From: Azolla caroliniana
Taxonomy: Eukaryota > Plantae > Polypodiophyta
Reading direction: 5' to 3'
Assembly (NCBI GenBank): GCA_043228905.1
Contig: JBHGNT010000009.1
Location: 2,294,001 to 2,358,000, forward strand
DNA: 64,000 nt
The notes under the pieces were generated by a model, which did no database searches, had not been told where the DNA came from, and saw only the letters and a list, made by a program, of their open reading frames with translations. A program made the translations under genes and the position numbers. Shown one piece after another: positions 48,984 through 62,145 of this stretch (position 1 is its first letter; each line of letters begins with the position of its first letter).

Positions 48984-49988
48984 CTATCTTCTTGGCCTAT
49001 GGGGACAATTTATTGCAATGTGTCCTGGTCCACCGCAGTAGAGACATAGTTGATTTGTTCGGCGTCGCTGCTTTTCTTCTTCGGATAATGGTCCTCGACG
49101 ACGTGTAGTGTCAATCTCCATCGGAGTCGGAGTATTCACTAAAGGCGCATTATAGTACTCCCTGGGTAAAGGTTTTGCTACCATTGAGGTGTAGGTGGGC
49201 TTTGATCTTGCCCTCGGCATCTGTAGCTGTCGTTTCGAACGTTGCTCAAAGAGGCGGTTATCACATCTTACCGCGCGGTTGATTGCTTCTGTTAAGGACT
49301 TTGGCTCTTCAGGGAAAGTCAAGAGTAAATCCTTGACATCGTTGTGTAAACCATAACGAAATTGCTCCATCAACACTTGATCATCCCAAGGGATGTCAGC
49401 GGCGAGTAGACGGAAATCTGCTGCATATGCAGAGGCTGGACGGTCTCCTTGGCGTAATTGCCGGATTTTGTTGATTGTGGTCCTTATGCTGTTAGTATCC
49501 CCAAAGCATGCTTTAAACTCACGTATAAACTCTTCAAAGTTGTTGAGTAATGGAGACTCCTTTTCCAATAGTGGAGCGAACCATGCCAACGTTGAGCCAC
49601 TTAACAGCGTCCCTATTAAACCCACTCGTGATGCATCGGTAGGATATCGGGAAGGATGCATTTGAATAACTAATCGTACCTGATTAAGGAACCCTCTAAA
49701 TTGCGATCGTGTTCCATCGAACTTCGTGGGAAGGCCAATCTTGGGTTCCTTATGAATCCCTTGTGTTCCAGGGCCTTGTTGTTGCATTGCTACGATGGTT
49801 GATTCGAGTTGTTGCACGCGTAATGCAAGTTCCCCATGTTGTTGTTGCGATTGCTGCTTTTCTAAGGAGATTTGTTGAAGATCCCCCAACAACCGTTGAT
49901 TTTCTTGTTCCAAAGCAAGGAACTTCTCTTTCAACCATTGAAACTCCGAGAAAACAGATCGATATTCTTGAGCGCTAACTGTGTCCAT
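48984..49988 (-). CDS. gag of the Tcn1-like element
   Basis: MDTVSAQEY; coiled coil; PTKFDG capsid motif; CLYCGGPGHIAINC knuckle. Confidence 0.9.
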   Translation of the reverse strand: MDTVSAQEYRSVFSEFQWLKEKFLALEQENQRLLGDLQQISLEKQQSQQQHGELALRVQQLESTIVAMQQQGPGTQGIHKEPKIGLPTKFDGTRSQFRGFLNQVRLVIQMHPSRYPTDASRVGLIGTLLSGSTLAWFAPLLEKESPLLNNFEEFIREFKACFGDTNSIRTTINKIRQLRQGDRPASAYAADFRLLAADIPWDDQVLMEQFRYGLHNDVKDLLLTFPEEPKSLTEAINRAVRCDNRLFEQRSKRQLQMPRARSKPTYTSMVAKPLPREYYNAPLVNTPTPMEIDTTRRRGPLSEEEKQRRRTNQLCLYCGGPGHIAINCPHRPRR

Positions 49989-52900
49989 GGGATGAAAAGA
50001 AAAGAGAAATAAGAGATTAGTATGAAGGGAGAGAGACAGAAGGGAAAATTGGTTCAAATTGTCAGGAATAGTACTAAACAGAGATAGGATTAGTACTAAA
50101 CAGAGAGAGAATTAGTACTAGACAAGGGAAGTACTATTAGAACTAAGGGGACGGGACTGCGTAAGACTCCCGAGAGAGGAAGAGAGAAGAGGAGAGAGAG
50201 AGAGATAGCGAGGACAAGAGATGATGATAACAGATTATATATTATAAGAAGAGTAAGTACAAAAGGGCTATGAGGCTAAAGACTGGCGTTGAACCAATTT
50301 GGTTCAACATAATGCCTAGTGCCCTCTTTTATAGTGTTCTCAGGAGTAATCCTGAAGCTTCTAGAATGTTCCAGAGAAATCTGGAATATACATTAATTTC
50401 CTATAATAAAATGTAAATGAAAATAATATTCTACGTATTACAATAGATGATATAATGGTCAAGGGCTCGACCCATATAACCTAAGGTCATGGGTTCGAGT
50501 CTTGGCATATCATGACAGAATGTATGTTCTTCCTTCGATGTCTCTTTGTGATCACATCCTTCTTCAGTGCATATCTCTCTTCTCTTGCGTTTGCAATGAT
50601 CTTCCTGATGACAATCATAATCTCTCCCTTTAAGATTGTGTTCTTTGTCACATGTTTCTCCTTTGTCGAGCTTGCAATGATCCTCGTAACGACCATAGGC
50701 ATGTTGATTTCGATCTCTCTCTTCGAAACCTTCTTCTTCATTGAATGCCTCTTCACGATCACTGTGAACATATCCATGTCTCTGGTCAAGCCCATGTTCT
50801 TCGTCGCGTCTCTCTTCCCAACCGCATCCTTGAATATCTTGATCTTTTCTTACAAGCCCACATTCTTCGTTGAATGTCTCTTCATGATAGTAATCACGAA
50901 TATCTCGATCATCTTCATCTTCATCATTGTTGAGAAGCCCATGAAAAGGTTGAGGTCCGAATCTGGATGTCATAACTGCTTCATATCAATCCGGAACTTC
51001 TTGATATAATCTTTCGGCTTGCCTTGCCAACTTGAGATAATCCATCGCTCTATCCTTATCATCCTGCAACATCATTTCAATGGCCTTCTTGATAAATGCA
51101 AGCATTATCAGTCTTGGCCCACCTTCTCTTCTTATAGACTCTTCTAAGTCATAAGCATCCAAGACCGCATCCATCATTCGTGATGCCTCCATTACCACCT
51201 TGTGTTTTCACGTCGGGTTCACCAAATAGATGTCGTGTGGCGCATGACACACGTGCCAAATGTTGTGATGTGTGCGTCACAAGCGCGGACAAGCATCGAG
51301 CCTCTATCCGTTAATGGTTATGGAGGATTGATGATGGGATCATTCAAGATAACGGAACCATGGAAGGACTAGCGCAAGCCAGAAGTATTAAAGATAACTT
51401 GATAGATAGATATAGGTGGGAATTCCTATTCCCGGTTTGAACCTTTGACTTCAAAATTGAGATAGAAGACACCTTGCCAACGAGATAACTAGAACTTATT
51501 AATTATTATTGATTGCATACATTGTCTCCTATCTTGGAGGTGTAAGGTTCAAACCCTTACTTGCACCTCATTGTATACGTTAAGCTTATTTTATATATTT
51601 GTATAATGAACACCCAAACACACATCACACGTACACATTAATGTGTTAACATACATGTTTTACCATCACTCCTTTTATATGTGTGCACATTGCACCAAGT
51701 TCTTGATTTCCCTCGTTTCACGCGATTTTCCCACTGTTGCCGAAAATCTTCACGACAGCGGGCCATCGGTTACTCGACCTCCTCTCCTGAACTGGTGCTT
51801 TCAGTTCCCGAGTCCGGTTCCTCCTCGTTTTGTCTCTTGAAGGCTTTTATCCACTTCTCGGCCACCGGAGTCGTTATTTGCATCCCGTCGAGCTCCGCGA
51901 GATGATACATGGCATTGTCGTTGACACTATTTACCACGTACGGCCCGAACCATCGCTATGCAAACTTGCGTGTAGACCTATGCTGGTTGTCGAGGCTGCT
52001 GTCGTAGACTAACACCCAATCGCCTTCCTCGATCTTCCTTGGCTGGAGCTGGTGCAGTCGGTCAAACCGGGCTTTGTTCCAGATCCTTGCTTCTCTCACC
52101 CTCGTCGTGGCTCGTTCCACATCTTCCGTTCTTCACTTGAGTTGCCGGATTCGTGCCGCTAGCAACTCTTCTCTGCTCATTTCGCTAGCCCAATCGATCG
52201 CTGCCCACGAGGTGATCGTTCGCTCTACTGGCATGATGGGTTTCTGTCCGTACATTATTTCCGCCGGCATGTATCCTATCACCGAACTGTGGGTATTCCT
52301 GTCCGCCCATAACGCGTACGGGAGTAGCCTCGGTGAGTCGCCGACTCGACCGTTGCACGCGCGTACAATGGCCTTTACTATCGGACCGTGGCCCCGTTCA
52401 ATCTTTCCGTTTGCCTCCGGGTTGTACGCCGTTGTGAGGGACATTTTTATGCCTAACTAATCGAATAGTTCCTCGGCCTCTTCCGTGTCTAGCTCGCCTC
52501 GGTCAACCACGATTTTTTCCACGCACCCGTATCGGCATATGACATCTTCGATCAGAAACCTGCATACTGCCGTGGTGGTCTTGTTCGTTAATGCTCGCCC
52601 CTCTACCTGGTTTGTTAGGTCCTCTCTAGCCAGCACTAGGTATCGTTTCTGACCCTCCCCCATCGGCATCGTCACTAAGTCGACCATCCATTTGAAGTCC
52701 ACGGCCGGGGAGTATGTTGGGTGTAGCTCGTCGCGGTGTCGAACCACCGAGTGCATCTGGCAGCTTTCGCATGTGGACACGAAGTCGTGCACGTTCTTAT
52801 ATATACCCAGCCACCAGTATTTCTCCTTTAACTTCTCGAATGTGGCCCATGTACCCCGGTGTCCAGACCAAGGGCTTTCGTGGAACTCCAATATTAGCTT

Positions 52901-55900
52901 CTCTTGATCATACGCCCGCGCTATTACCCGGAGTGGCACGTCGTTTCGCTTTTTTGGGACCCTCCAGATCTTCCCGTTCCATAGGAAGTATCCGTATGCC
53001 CTTTTTCGGAGTTGTCCCGCTTCCTCCCTAGTCATCGAGGCATCCGCCATCATTGTTTTTAGAAATCTTCCGATTAGAAGCCACTCCCCATCGTTGAACT
53101 CATTCACGGGTGGAGCGCTCCGCCCTTTTATCCTCATCCTGGCCGATTCGAAGAAGTCTGCGCCAACTTCTTCGCTCTCTGATACCATGCCGTCCTCATC
53201 CTCAAATCTTGCCGTAGAAAGCATATCGGCCATGGCGTTGTCTTTACCTGAGATGTGTCGTATCTCCGGGTTCAGGGACTTGATGTACGCAATCCACCTG
53301 AGCATGGCTAGGTCGGGAGTTGCGCATCCGGAGACCATACCGAGAATCGGCAAACAGTCCATTTCGATAATTATTTCTGTTCCGATTAGGTAGTCTTTGT
53401 CGACCTTAACCGCCGAAATGATACCCCACAGTTCGCGCTTGACTTGGGCGTACCCTCGCTGTCGCTCCCTCAGTACCTTCGCACCGAACCGGATAGGGAA
53501 GTGCATGCCATCTTCGTCCTTTTGATTCACGACTCACCCGATCCTGGTCGAGTTGGTGTCCACAGTGATGTAGACCGGAGTTCTTGGTGCGTACTCCGCT
53601 TTGCGCAAAGCCGGTGCCGCGGTAAGCGTTTGTTTTAGTTTCCCGACCGCCTCCTTATGTTCCGTCATCCATTCAAATTTACTGTTCTTCTTCAGCAAGC
53701 CGTAGAGTGGTTCGGCGACGTGCGCGTAATGAGGGATCCATATGTGGTAGAAGGCGCATGCCCCAAGGAACCGCTAGACCTTTGTGATGGATCCGCACTC
53801 CTCCTTCATTGCCGAGATGGCCTCTACCTTGGTCGGCGATGGCTTCCGGCCGTACGGCCCACATAGGTGGCTAACCACTAATATCTTCGGTTGTTCGAAA
53901 GCCGACTTTTCTCCTGAGAAGGTAAGCCGTGCACCCTCGAGCCTCTGTAGTATCTTCGGCACCTGTCTGCACCGATCGACTCATCCTTAGCGTCTTCCGG
54001 ACACCCCTTTATAGGGATGTCGTCTAAGAAAGGCATGGTGATGTCCGAGATGCAGTCCCTGAGAACTCTGTTCATTGCGTTCACCATGTGTGCCACCGAG
54101 TTGGTTCCACCTTGTGGTAGGGTACACATTCAAACTAGGCCGAGAGGGGTCCGCATCGTCGTGATGTCCCTACTTTCCATGGCGAGCTGGAATTGGTCAT
54201 ACCCCGAGTAAAGATCTCTGACCGAGTATACGGACCTTCCGGCGAAGGCTTTAGCGAACTCATCGATTAACGACCCGACCCCCGTATTGCGGATGGTCAC
54301 TTTTTTGACCGGTTGTAAGTCCTGGATGAACCGCAACGTACCGTTCTTCTTTGGTACTGTAAAGCACCGGTTAGAGTAGGGGGAACTTGACAGTTCGAGG
54401 ATGCCCAACTCCACTTTCTGCTTAAGAAGCTTCATCAGCATTAGCATGTGAGCTCTCGGTACTGGGATCGGCTTGAGACTCCATGGTATGTGTGGTATTG
54501 TAAAGATCACCATTGGCTCGACGATGGTCGGGTCGACACACCCGATCTCTCCTGGTGAGAATGCGAAGGCCTTCCCGTGCCTCTCGAGCATTCTTCTGAA
54601 CTGTTCCTCTTCCGTCGGCAGTAGGAAGCCACTCCCACCGATCTTTAGCTCTCGTAACGTTTTGTCGGTGAAACAATGTCCTATGCCGGCTGGATTTTGT
54701 AGGCTCGGGTCGGTAGCGACCCCCTTTATTCGTCCCCAACTGCCCTCCAGTAAGGGGGGCGCGACGGGCTTCACCTTCTGGTCCACAGTCTTGTATTTAG
54801 TGTCTACTCAGGCGATCCGATGCGCCCGGGTTCCTCTTTCGAAGTCCGCAATGACTTCATACATGTCGATCGAGTTGACCGGTATGACTTGGTCTTCACT
54901 TAGGCCTCCTTCGACTACCTTCCCGATTTCCCCCAAGGTGTCATCGAACGAGACCGCCTCCACGGCTTCCCCAATTCCTTCGTCGTGGCTTAAGGCTCTG
55001 CACGCCTTCAAGCATACCTCGGCCCGTTTCTTTTCTCTCCCGCTGATACTGGCTACGGTACACCCCACGTTGTTGGAGATCAAAACTTTCCTACCTATTT
55101 TATGGGTGTGGGGAGTTTCCTAGTTGTCCGGACTATCGTGACCCCACGCCTTGATAGCCCTATCTAAAAATCCAACTTATCATCATTTCCGAGGGTGTCC
55201 CGGTTTCGTTCGTGGTTCTTTCGAACGGTAAAAAATGGGACAAAATGACGACCGTCTTGACTTTTTACCCTCGCATAGGCTGAACCATTGTCCAACACTT
55301 TCGTCTCCATTCGAGCTGCTGTGATGTAGGGTTCCCCGAGGATGACCGGGTGGCGAGGACGTTTCTTGCACAAAAAAGTGCTGGTTTATGTTGACATCTC
55401 CGACACTCACCCTAACGTTCGGGCATGCCCGGTGCCGCTCTTCCGTGGCTCTTGTTGCCGCGCGTATCTTCCACCCATGTTGATCGGCCAATTTCCCTTT
55501 TTGTAGAAGTCCATGGACATTAGGTTGATTTCCGACCCGTGGTCGATTAATGCCACCACCGGTTCCTTGACATTCCCGATTCGAACCGGGGTCTCTGTAG
55601 TAGCTCTTGCCCAGTGCGGCTTGGCGTAGTGGCTCTCCGCGAGCTTGTCTTCCGTGGCAATCTCGTCGAGGAGTGCCGCCCTCACCTCAACCGGCTTCTC
55701 GGGTTCTGGTTCCGTCCTGAGTCGCTTTCTCATCACGAGGTCCACGATACTATCGTGGAACTCCCTTCTTGCTATACCGAGCACTTCCCTAAGTGTGAGT
55801 CGAAAGGTTCGTTGTTTTCTCGATTTCCAAGCTTACGCGGAAGCTTGGAAACCTGCCTTTCTCCTTCTCCTGGGACCCGGTCGAAGTGACATCATTCTTC

Positions 55901-56136
55901 TTGGGCGTGCTTTGGGTGTCATACCTCCCCGAAGGGCCTGCTCCCCCGGTTTTCCCCGCTCGTCTTTCGTCGATCAGGGCCTCGTAGTTCCTGCACGTGG
56001 CTTCCACAAAGCTGGTGCTTTCTTCAACGGGGTCACTCCACCCGGTAACTTCACGCACACATTCTTCTGCGCGCTCCGCTTCCCCCTTCTGTAACCTTCC
56101 TCCGGTCAAGGTCTCAAGAATAGCCGGCCAAAACCC

Positions 56137-58085
56137 AGGAGATATCCTCTAAGAGAGAGAAGGGCCCCCTGGAGATTTCCGGATGCAGAGCATGTTCTGC
56201 TGACCGATGAGGGAGAGTCGGAAAGCTTTGAAGAAGCGGAGGATGACACCCACAGCCGCAAATGGTTAAGTGCCATGCAGGATGAGATGGATTCCCTGCA
56301 TGAGAACTATACGTACGAACTGGTGGAGTTGCCGAAAGGAAAGCGGGCACTCCGGAACAAGTGGGTGTACAAGTTGAAACCGGGAGATGCCGGCAACCCC
56401 CCGAGATACAAAGCCAGGATCATGGTGAAGGGGTTCCAGCAGATGAAGGGCGTGGACTTCGACGAGATATTTGCCCCGGTAGTAAAGATGACCTCCATCC
56501 GGATGGTGCTGAGTATAGTGGCAAGCATGGACCTCGAGGTAGAGCAGCTAGACGTGAAGACGACATTCCTTCACGGTGACCTCGAAGAGGAGATCAACAT
56601 GCAACAACCGGAAGGATTCGTGGAGAAAGGGAAGGAGCACCTGGTTTGCCGGTTGAAGAAGAGCCTGTACGGACTGAAGCAGGCTCCCCGACAATGGTAC
56701 CGGAAGTTCGACTCCTTCATGACCGATGAAGGGTACCAGAAGACTCAGGCCGATCACTGTGTGTTTGTGAAGAAGTTCGAAGGAGGCGACTTCTTGATAC
56801 TCCTCTTGTATGTGGACGACATGTTGATCGTCGGACGGGACCAAGCCAGAATACGGATGCTAAAGAAGGCCCTCAACCGGACCTTCTCAATGAAAGACTT
56901 GGGTCCGGCAAGACAGATGTTGGGGATGCATATCATCCGGAACCGGCCAATGAAGCAATTGTGGCTGTCACAGGAGAAGTACGTGACAAAGATGCTTCAG
57001 CGGTTCAACATGTTGGAAGCGAAACCGGTCGGATCGACACTTCCGGCAAACTGCAGATTATCCGGTAAGCAAAGCCCGAAGACGAAAGCAGAGAAGGCTG
57101 ATATGATGAAGGTTCCATATGCCTCTGCCGTCGGGAGCTTAATGTACGCAATGGTGTGTACCCGACCGGATATAGGATACACAGTCGGAGTGGTGAGCCG
57201 GTTCATGAGCAATCCTGGCAAGGAGCACTAGAACGCGGTCAAATGGATACTCTGGTACTTGAAGGGCACTTCGAACATGTGTCTCCGATTCGGCTCCGGT
57301 AAACCTCAACTCGACGGTTTTACCGATTTGGACATGTCGGCTGATGTGGATACCAACCAGTCTACATCCGGGTACGTAATGACATATGCAGGGGGAGCTG
57401 TTTCGTGGCAGTCGAGGCTGCAGAAGACGGTTGCGTTGTCAACCACGAGTACATGGCGGCTGTCGAAGCCGGCAAGGAAATAATATGGATGAAGGACTTC
57501 ATCGAAGAGCTCGGTATCCGTCAAGATGAATAACAGCTCTATTGCGACAGTCAAAGTGCCATCCACCTTGCTAAGAATGCGGCCTACCATTCCCGGACGA
57601 AGCATATCCAGCGAAGGTATCACTGGATCCGGGAAAGAGTAGATGACCAAGACTTCGCGCTTACGAAGATCCACACGGCCGAGAACGGGTCATATATGCT
57701 GACCAAAGTGTTGATACCCGACAAGCTAGAAGCATGCCGGAAGCGGATCGGACTAGTAAGACATCCCATCCTAAAGTGAAGGGGGAGTTTGTTAGGAAAC
57801 AAGTCCCTCCGGATGGGAAGTGAGGAGACCCGGTGAGAACCGGATGACGAGTACCCAACAAGAGCCGGATGGTGAAGACCCGGCTATGGAGAACCGGATG
57901 ATGTAGGCCCGGTGAGGAGTGCTCACAGATGAAGGGACATATTCGTGAATATGTTTCTGAGAGTCCTTTGAGGCTATATTTGTAAATAGCCGAAAAGTCA
58001 TATTAGTATAAATATGACTTAGGGCAAACTTATAGTGTATGTTGTCATTCTTGTTGGTGCAAGACTAGAGAACGCGTAACAGTGT

Positions 58086-58130
<45 letters not shown>

Positions 58131-58405
58131 GAGGTCGTTGCCTCTGTTGTAACCGTCGTCTGTGGCGAAGATCGTGAGCACGAGGTCGTTGCCTCCGTGA
58201 GCTCACTGTTATAATCATTGTGATATAGTGATAGTTTGGAGTCTGTGGACTCCCGTGGTTTTTCCCTCTCAGGGTTTTCCACGTTAAACATCCTGTGTAC
58301 TCTTCTCTCCTTTGTGTCGTGCGTTTCATTATCCGTTTTTTCTGTGTTCGATTTTAGACTTGGTTGTGACCGAGTGTTGTGGAAAGGGAGCGTGCATTCC
58401 TGTCA
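56137..58405 (+). mobile_element. 5'-truncated Ty1/copia (RT-RNaseH, PPT, 3' LTR 57790-58405)
   Basis: QLDVKTTFLHG, SLYGLKQAPRQW, LLYVDDML; PPT AAGTGAAGGGGGAG; LTR TGTTAG...TGTCA with a (GA)n tract. Confidence 0.9.
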
Positions 58406-61400
58406 ATCTTCATACCAAGTATGTGTCTTGCCAGACCGAGGTCCTTCATGGCAAACTTCAACCGCAGTTGCCGAACAAGTTCGGTGAGCTCTCCGGCATG
58501 CCGACCAGAGAGTAGCATGTCGTCCACGTAGATGATGAGGAAGACGGGAGACCCGTCTTGAGCTGTTTTGGTGAAGAGACAATGGTCCTCATCGCTCTTT
58601 GAGAAGTCGTTGAACTTCTTGTACCACTGTCGGGGTGCCTATTTCAGGCTGTAGAGACTCTTCTTGAGTCGGCAGACTAGATGTTCCTGGCCGGATGCCA
58701 CAAATCCTTTCGGCTGCTCCATATAGATTTCCTCTTGTAGGTCACCATGGAGGAATGTCGTTTTTATATGTAGCTGAATCAGCTCCAAGTTATCGGTGGC
58801 CACGACGCCAAGCATGAAACGAAGGGTCGTCATTTTCACCACTGGTGAAAAGATGTCGTCGAAGTCGACGCCATATTCTTGTCGAAATCCCTTCGCAACT
58901 AATCTGGCCTTGTACTTTGGAGTGGTCGAGTCGAACGTCTCTTTTAGTCGATAGACCCACTTACACAGAAGAGCACGTCGATTCTACAGTAATTCAACCA
59001 AGTCCCAAGTCTTGTTTGCCCGAATGGAGTGCATTTCCGACTCCATCGCCAAATGCCATGTGGTTGAATCAGCAGATGCCGATGCTTCTTCGTAAGACGT
59101 TGGTTCATCGACGTCAGTAAAGAAAATTCCGGGAGAGTACCTCTCTGGAGATTGCGACAGTCTCTCGGATCTGCGAGGTATGATTGGACTAGTCGCACCG
59201 GGTGTCAATGTCATATGGTCGGGAGCCGAGCCATTCGGCTGTGCCGAATCAGTGGATTCAGTGCGAGAGTTGTCGGTTACCCGTGAAACCAATCTCGTGT
59301 TGTGGGCTGGGCCGTCATGAAGGGTTGGCACTTCGGAAAATATTACCCTTCGGACTTCAATAGGCCTTTCGGCCGTTTTATGCACAACCGACTCATTGAA
59401 CACGACGTTCGAACTTCAAACGATTTGTCTGTGCTCGAGGTCCCAGAGTCGGTGTCTGATCTCGCCGTCGGGTCCATATCCAAGAAAAACACATTTCCTT
59501 GACCTTGGTTCGAGTTTCCGGCGGTCGTCTTTCGGTATGAGAGCATACGCCTCGCAACCGAAGATCCTCAGTTTATCATGATTCGGCTTACTGCCGGTCC
59601 ATATTTCCTGAGGTATTTGAAGTCCTAGAGGTCTACTTGGCGACATATTTATTATGTGTACTGCCGTAAGTAGAGCCTCCGCCCAGAAGCCATCCGACAG
59701 TCCGGAGTGTTGGAGCATGGATACTACGCGTTCTTGAATCGTCCGATTCATGCGTTCAACAATTCCGTTCTGCTCCGGACTATAGGGTGTCGTATATTCA
59801 CGTCGGATGCCGCGTTCTCGATAGAATTTGACGAATTCTTCAGACTTGAATTCTCCTCCATTGTCGGTTAGGAGACATTTTAGTTTCCGACCACTCTGAT
59901 TTTTGACCATTGCAAGCCATTCGGAGAAGATCGAGAACACCCGATCTTTGGTTCTAATGGGGTAAGCCCACACCTTCCGAGTCGAGTCGTCAATAAAACT
60001 GACGAACTACGAAGCACCGCCAAGAGATTGATGTGGCATTGGGCCACAGACGTTCAAGTGGACCAAATCGAGGGGACTCGATTCTCTTGGTGCTGATGTC
60101 GGGTGTGATGTGGCTACTTGTTTGCTGTACTAGCAATGCTCGTAGAATTGGTGATCCAAGAAGGAGAGTTTGGGGATGTAACCGGCTTTGGGTAGGTGCG
60201 TTATGCCGGCCTTGGTGAGGTGTCCAAGTCGTCCGTGCCATAACGATGACACGGGGATATCAACCAAAAATAAGGCACCCTCTTTGAGTGTGACATATAA
60301 AGGATACAAGGAATGTACCTTTGGTCCTTGAGCAAGCAAGAGGTTCCCTTTGTGGAGTGTCCACCCTCCTGATGAGAATCCGCCACGGATGCCGGCTTCG
60401 CCAAGTTGTCTGATTGAGATCAAGGTCTTGAAAGCTCAGGAACGTGTTGGATGTTGTGTAGTACGAGTGTAGAGCCTCCCGGAAGATTGAGCTCTACGGT
60501 GCCGATTCCGATTATAGCACAATGCTACGAGTTTCCGACTCGAACTGAGTCGGAGTGTTTGTCCGAGTATTGCCAAAACTGAGATTGGTGAGGTGTCACA
60601 TGATATGATGCGCCCGAGTCCAGGAGCCATGTGGTCGATTCCTCAGTCATAAGCAAAACTTCTGATTCGATTGGGTTCTCTATGGGCAATATGTTTGGGT
60701 CGGTCGTCAAACTTTCGGCTGAAGAGCCGACGTAGTTGACCTCCTCATGCCAGCTACTCTTCTGATCCGCTCTGTGAGCTTCGTCGGTTTTTGCTTTGAG
60801 TGCCCGACAGTCGGCTTTGATGTGTCCCGGTTTCTTGCAGTAGTTGCAGATTCGGTTGTCCCGGGACTTGCTTTGGCTTCGCTGATTGTTCGGCGGTCGG
60901 GAAGAACTTCTTCCCCGGTTGTTCGATCGGTCGGTTGAACCTTGTACTACGAAGCTTCATCTGTCGAGTCTTTGGCAAAAGACTTTCTCCGAGCTGCTTC
61001 AGTCAAGATTGCGCTCGTGACTTCGGAGTACTTAACGGCAACTGTTGAAGCATTGCACACGGTTGTAACGAAAGTTTCCCATGAAGAGGGGAGACTACTC
61101 ATGAGTATCATTGCTCTGAGTTCATCCTCGATTTCTGTCCCCTGAGACGAGATTTGGGAGCTTATGCTTTCGTACTCGTTGAGGTGTGCCTGAACCGAAT
61201 CAGATTCTTTCATCCACAAGTTGTAGAGGCGCCGGATCAGAGACATCTTCGTTGCGGCAACCTTCTTTTCATAAGTTTCCGATAGTGTTTTCCAAAGTTC
61301 AAACGTTGTTGTGCATAATTGCACTGTGAAGTACACTGACTCTGACAAGTGAATTCGAATCGTGGCGCGGACGATTCTGTCCAGCCTTAGCCACTCATTT

Positions 61401-61929
61401 GCCTTGTATGCTTCTGGAGGATTTTCATTCTCAATCAGGTGTATCTTACCCTTGACTATGAGATAGTCCTACATTTGTTCCTTCCAGAAGTTGAAGTTCG
61501 AACCGTCGAACATCCTTAGACTAATCTTCAATGAGCCGGATGTTGATGCCATCTGCTTCGGTTTCGGTTGGTAAGATTCAGTTCGGAGTTGACTACGAAC
61601 CTTAGTGGGGAGCAGTCAGTCGGCTCACCCGATATCGTTCTAGTCGGTTTCGAACCCGAGTCGGTTTGGTTTCGGATACTTGTTGCTGAACTTGCTCGGA
61701 GTGACTCCTGTAACTTGAGGGACAGAACCGACTGATCTTCCCGAATGTTGCCGAGTCGGAGTGAGCCCGGTTGGTTCCGATTGTATGCTGAATACCGATT
61801 ACACGGAACCGATTCTGCTTCGGACAACTTCAATGATGAGAGGGATGGATCCAACTGATCCTCTTGAATGTCGATCAGCCGAGTGAAGCACGAAGTGGTT
61901 GTTGCCAAGAGACCAATCTGTAGCGGGTG
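58406..61929 (-). mobile_element. 3'-truncated Ty1/copia (gag from 61552, PR, IN, part of RT)
   Basis: FDGSNFNFWKEQM, WLLDSGASYH, TDNGGEF, YVDDM, MKDLG; only ~11 bp of 5' LTR remains (61919-61929). Confidence 0.88.
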
Positions 61930-62114
61930 TCTCGGACTAGGGAGGAAGGGATGCCGAGAAACCCAACTCCGGACACATCCCAGAGGCAACCGAACACGAG
62001 AGAGAGAGTGAGAGAGAGAGAGCTTGTGCGCGCTACACGGATTCTCTTATGCACGGGAAACAAATGGGGGGTGGAAACACCCAACACTACCAGAGACGCA
62101 GATGTGCACAACCA

Positions 62115-62145
<31 letters not shown>

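Larger units (their letters stand above)
44823..50517 (-). mobile_element. Full-length Tcn1-like chromovirus (Ty3/gypsy), mutated
   Basis: LTRs 44823-45282 and 50060-50517; perfect 5-bp TSD GAATG; PPT AAAGGGGGGATAG; gag, LLDSGA protease, YLDD RT, RNase H, integrase, chromodomain. Confidence 0.96.
42646..51757 (-). mobile_element. Non-autonomous Phygy-derived element C carrying an acidic unknown ORF remnant and an integrase C-terminal remnant
   Basis: LTRs 42646-43161 and 51231-51757; PBS-Trp 51207-51224; PPT 43162-43174; flanks CCGG/GCGG; FDNQHKTTRKFARRWFG at ~43400-43460. Confidence 0.88.
41838..56136 (-). mobile_element. 5'-truncated autonomous-type Phygy-like element D (3' LTR 41838-42579; gag end/PR/pol 51758-56136)
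   Basis: ALIDHGSEINLM, LPQG, PFLDD, RNase H and integrase closely similar to element A; PPT at 42580-42592. Confidence 0.9.

Noticed and set aside
48984-48986. Programmed readthrough at the Tcn1-like gag TAG
   Set aside because: The frame stays open ~48 codons further and C-to-T nonsense mutations are common in this window; probably CAG-to-TAG decay
58091-58126. (GA)n and other microsatellites
   Set aside because: Ordinary LTR-internal simple repeats
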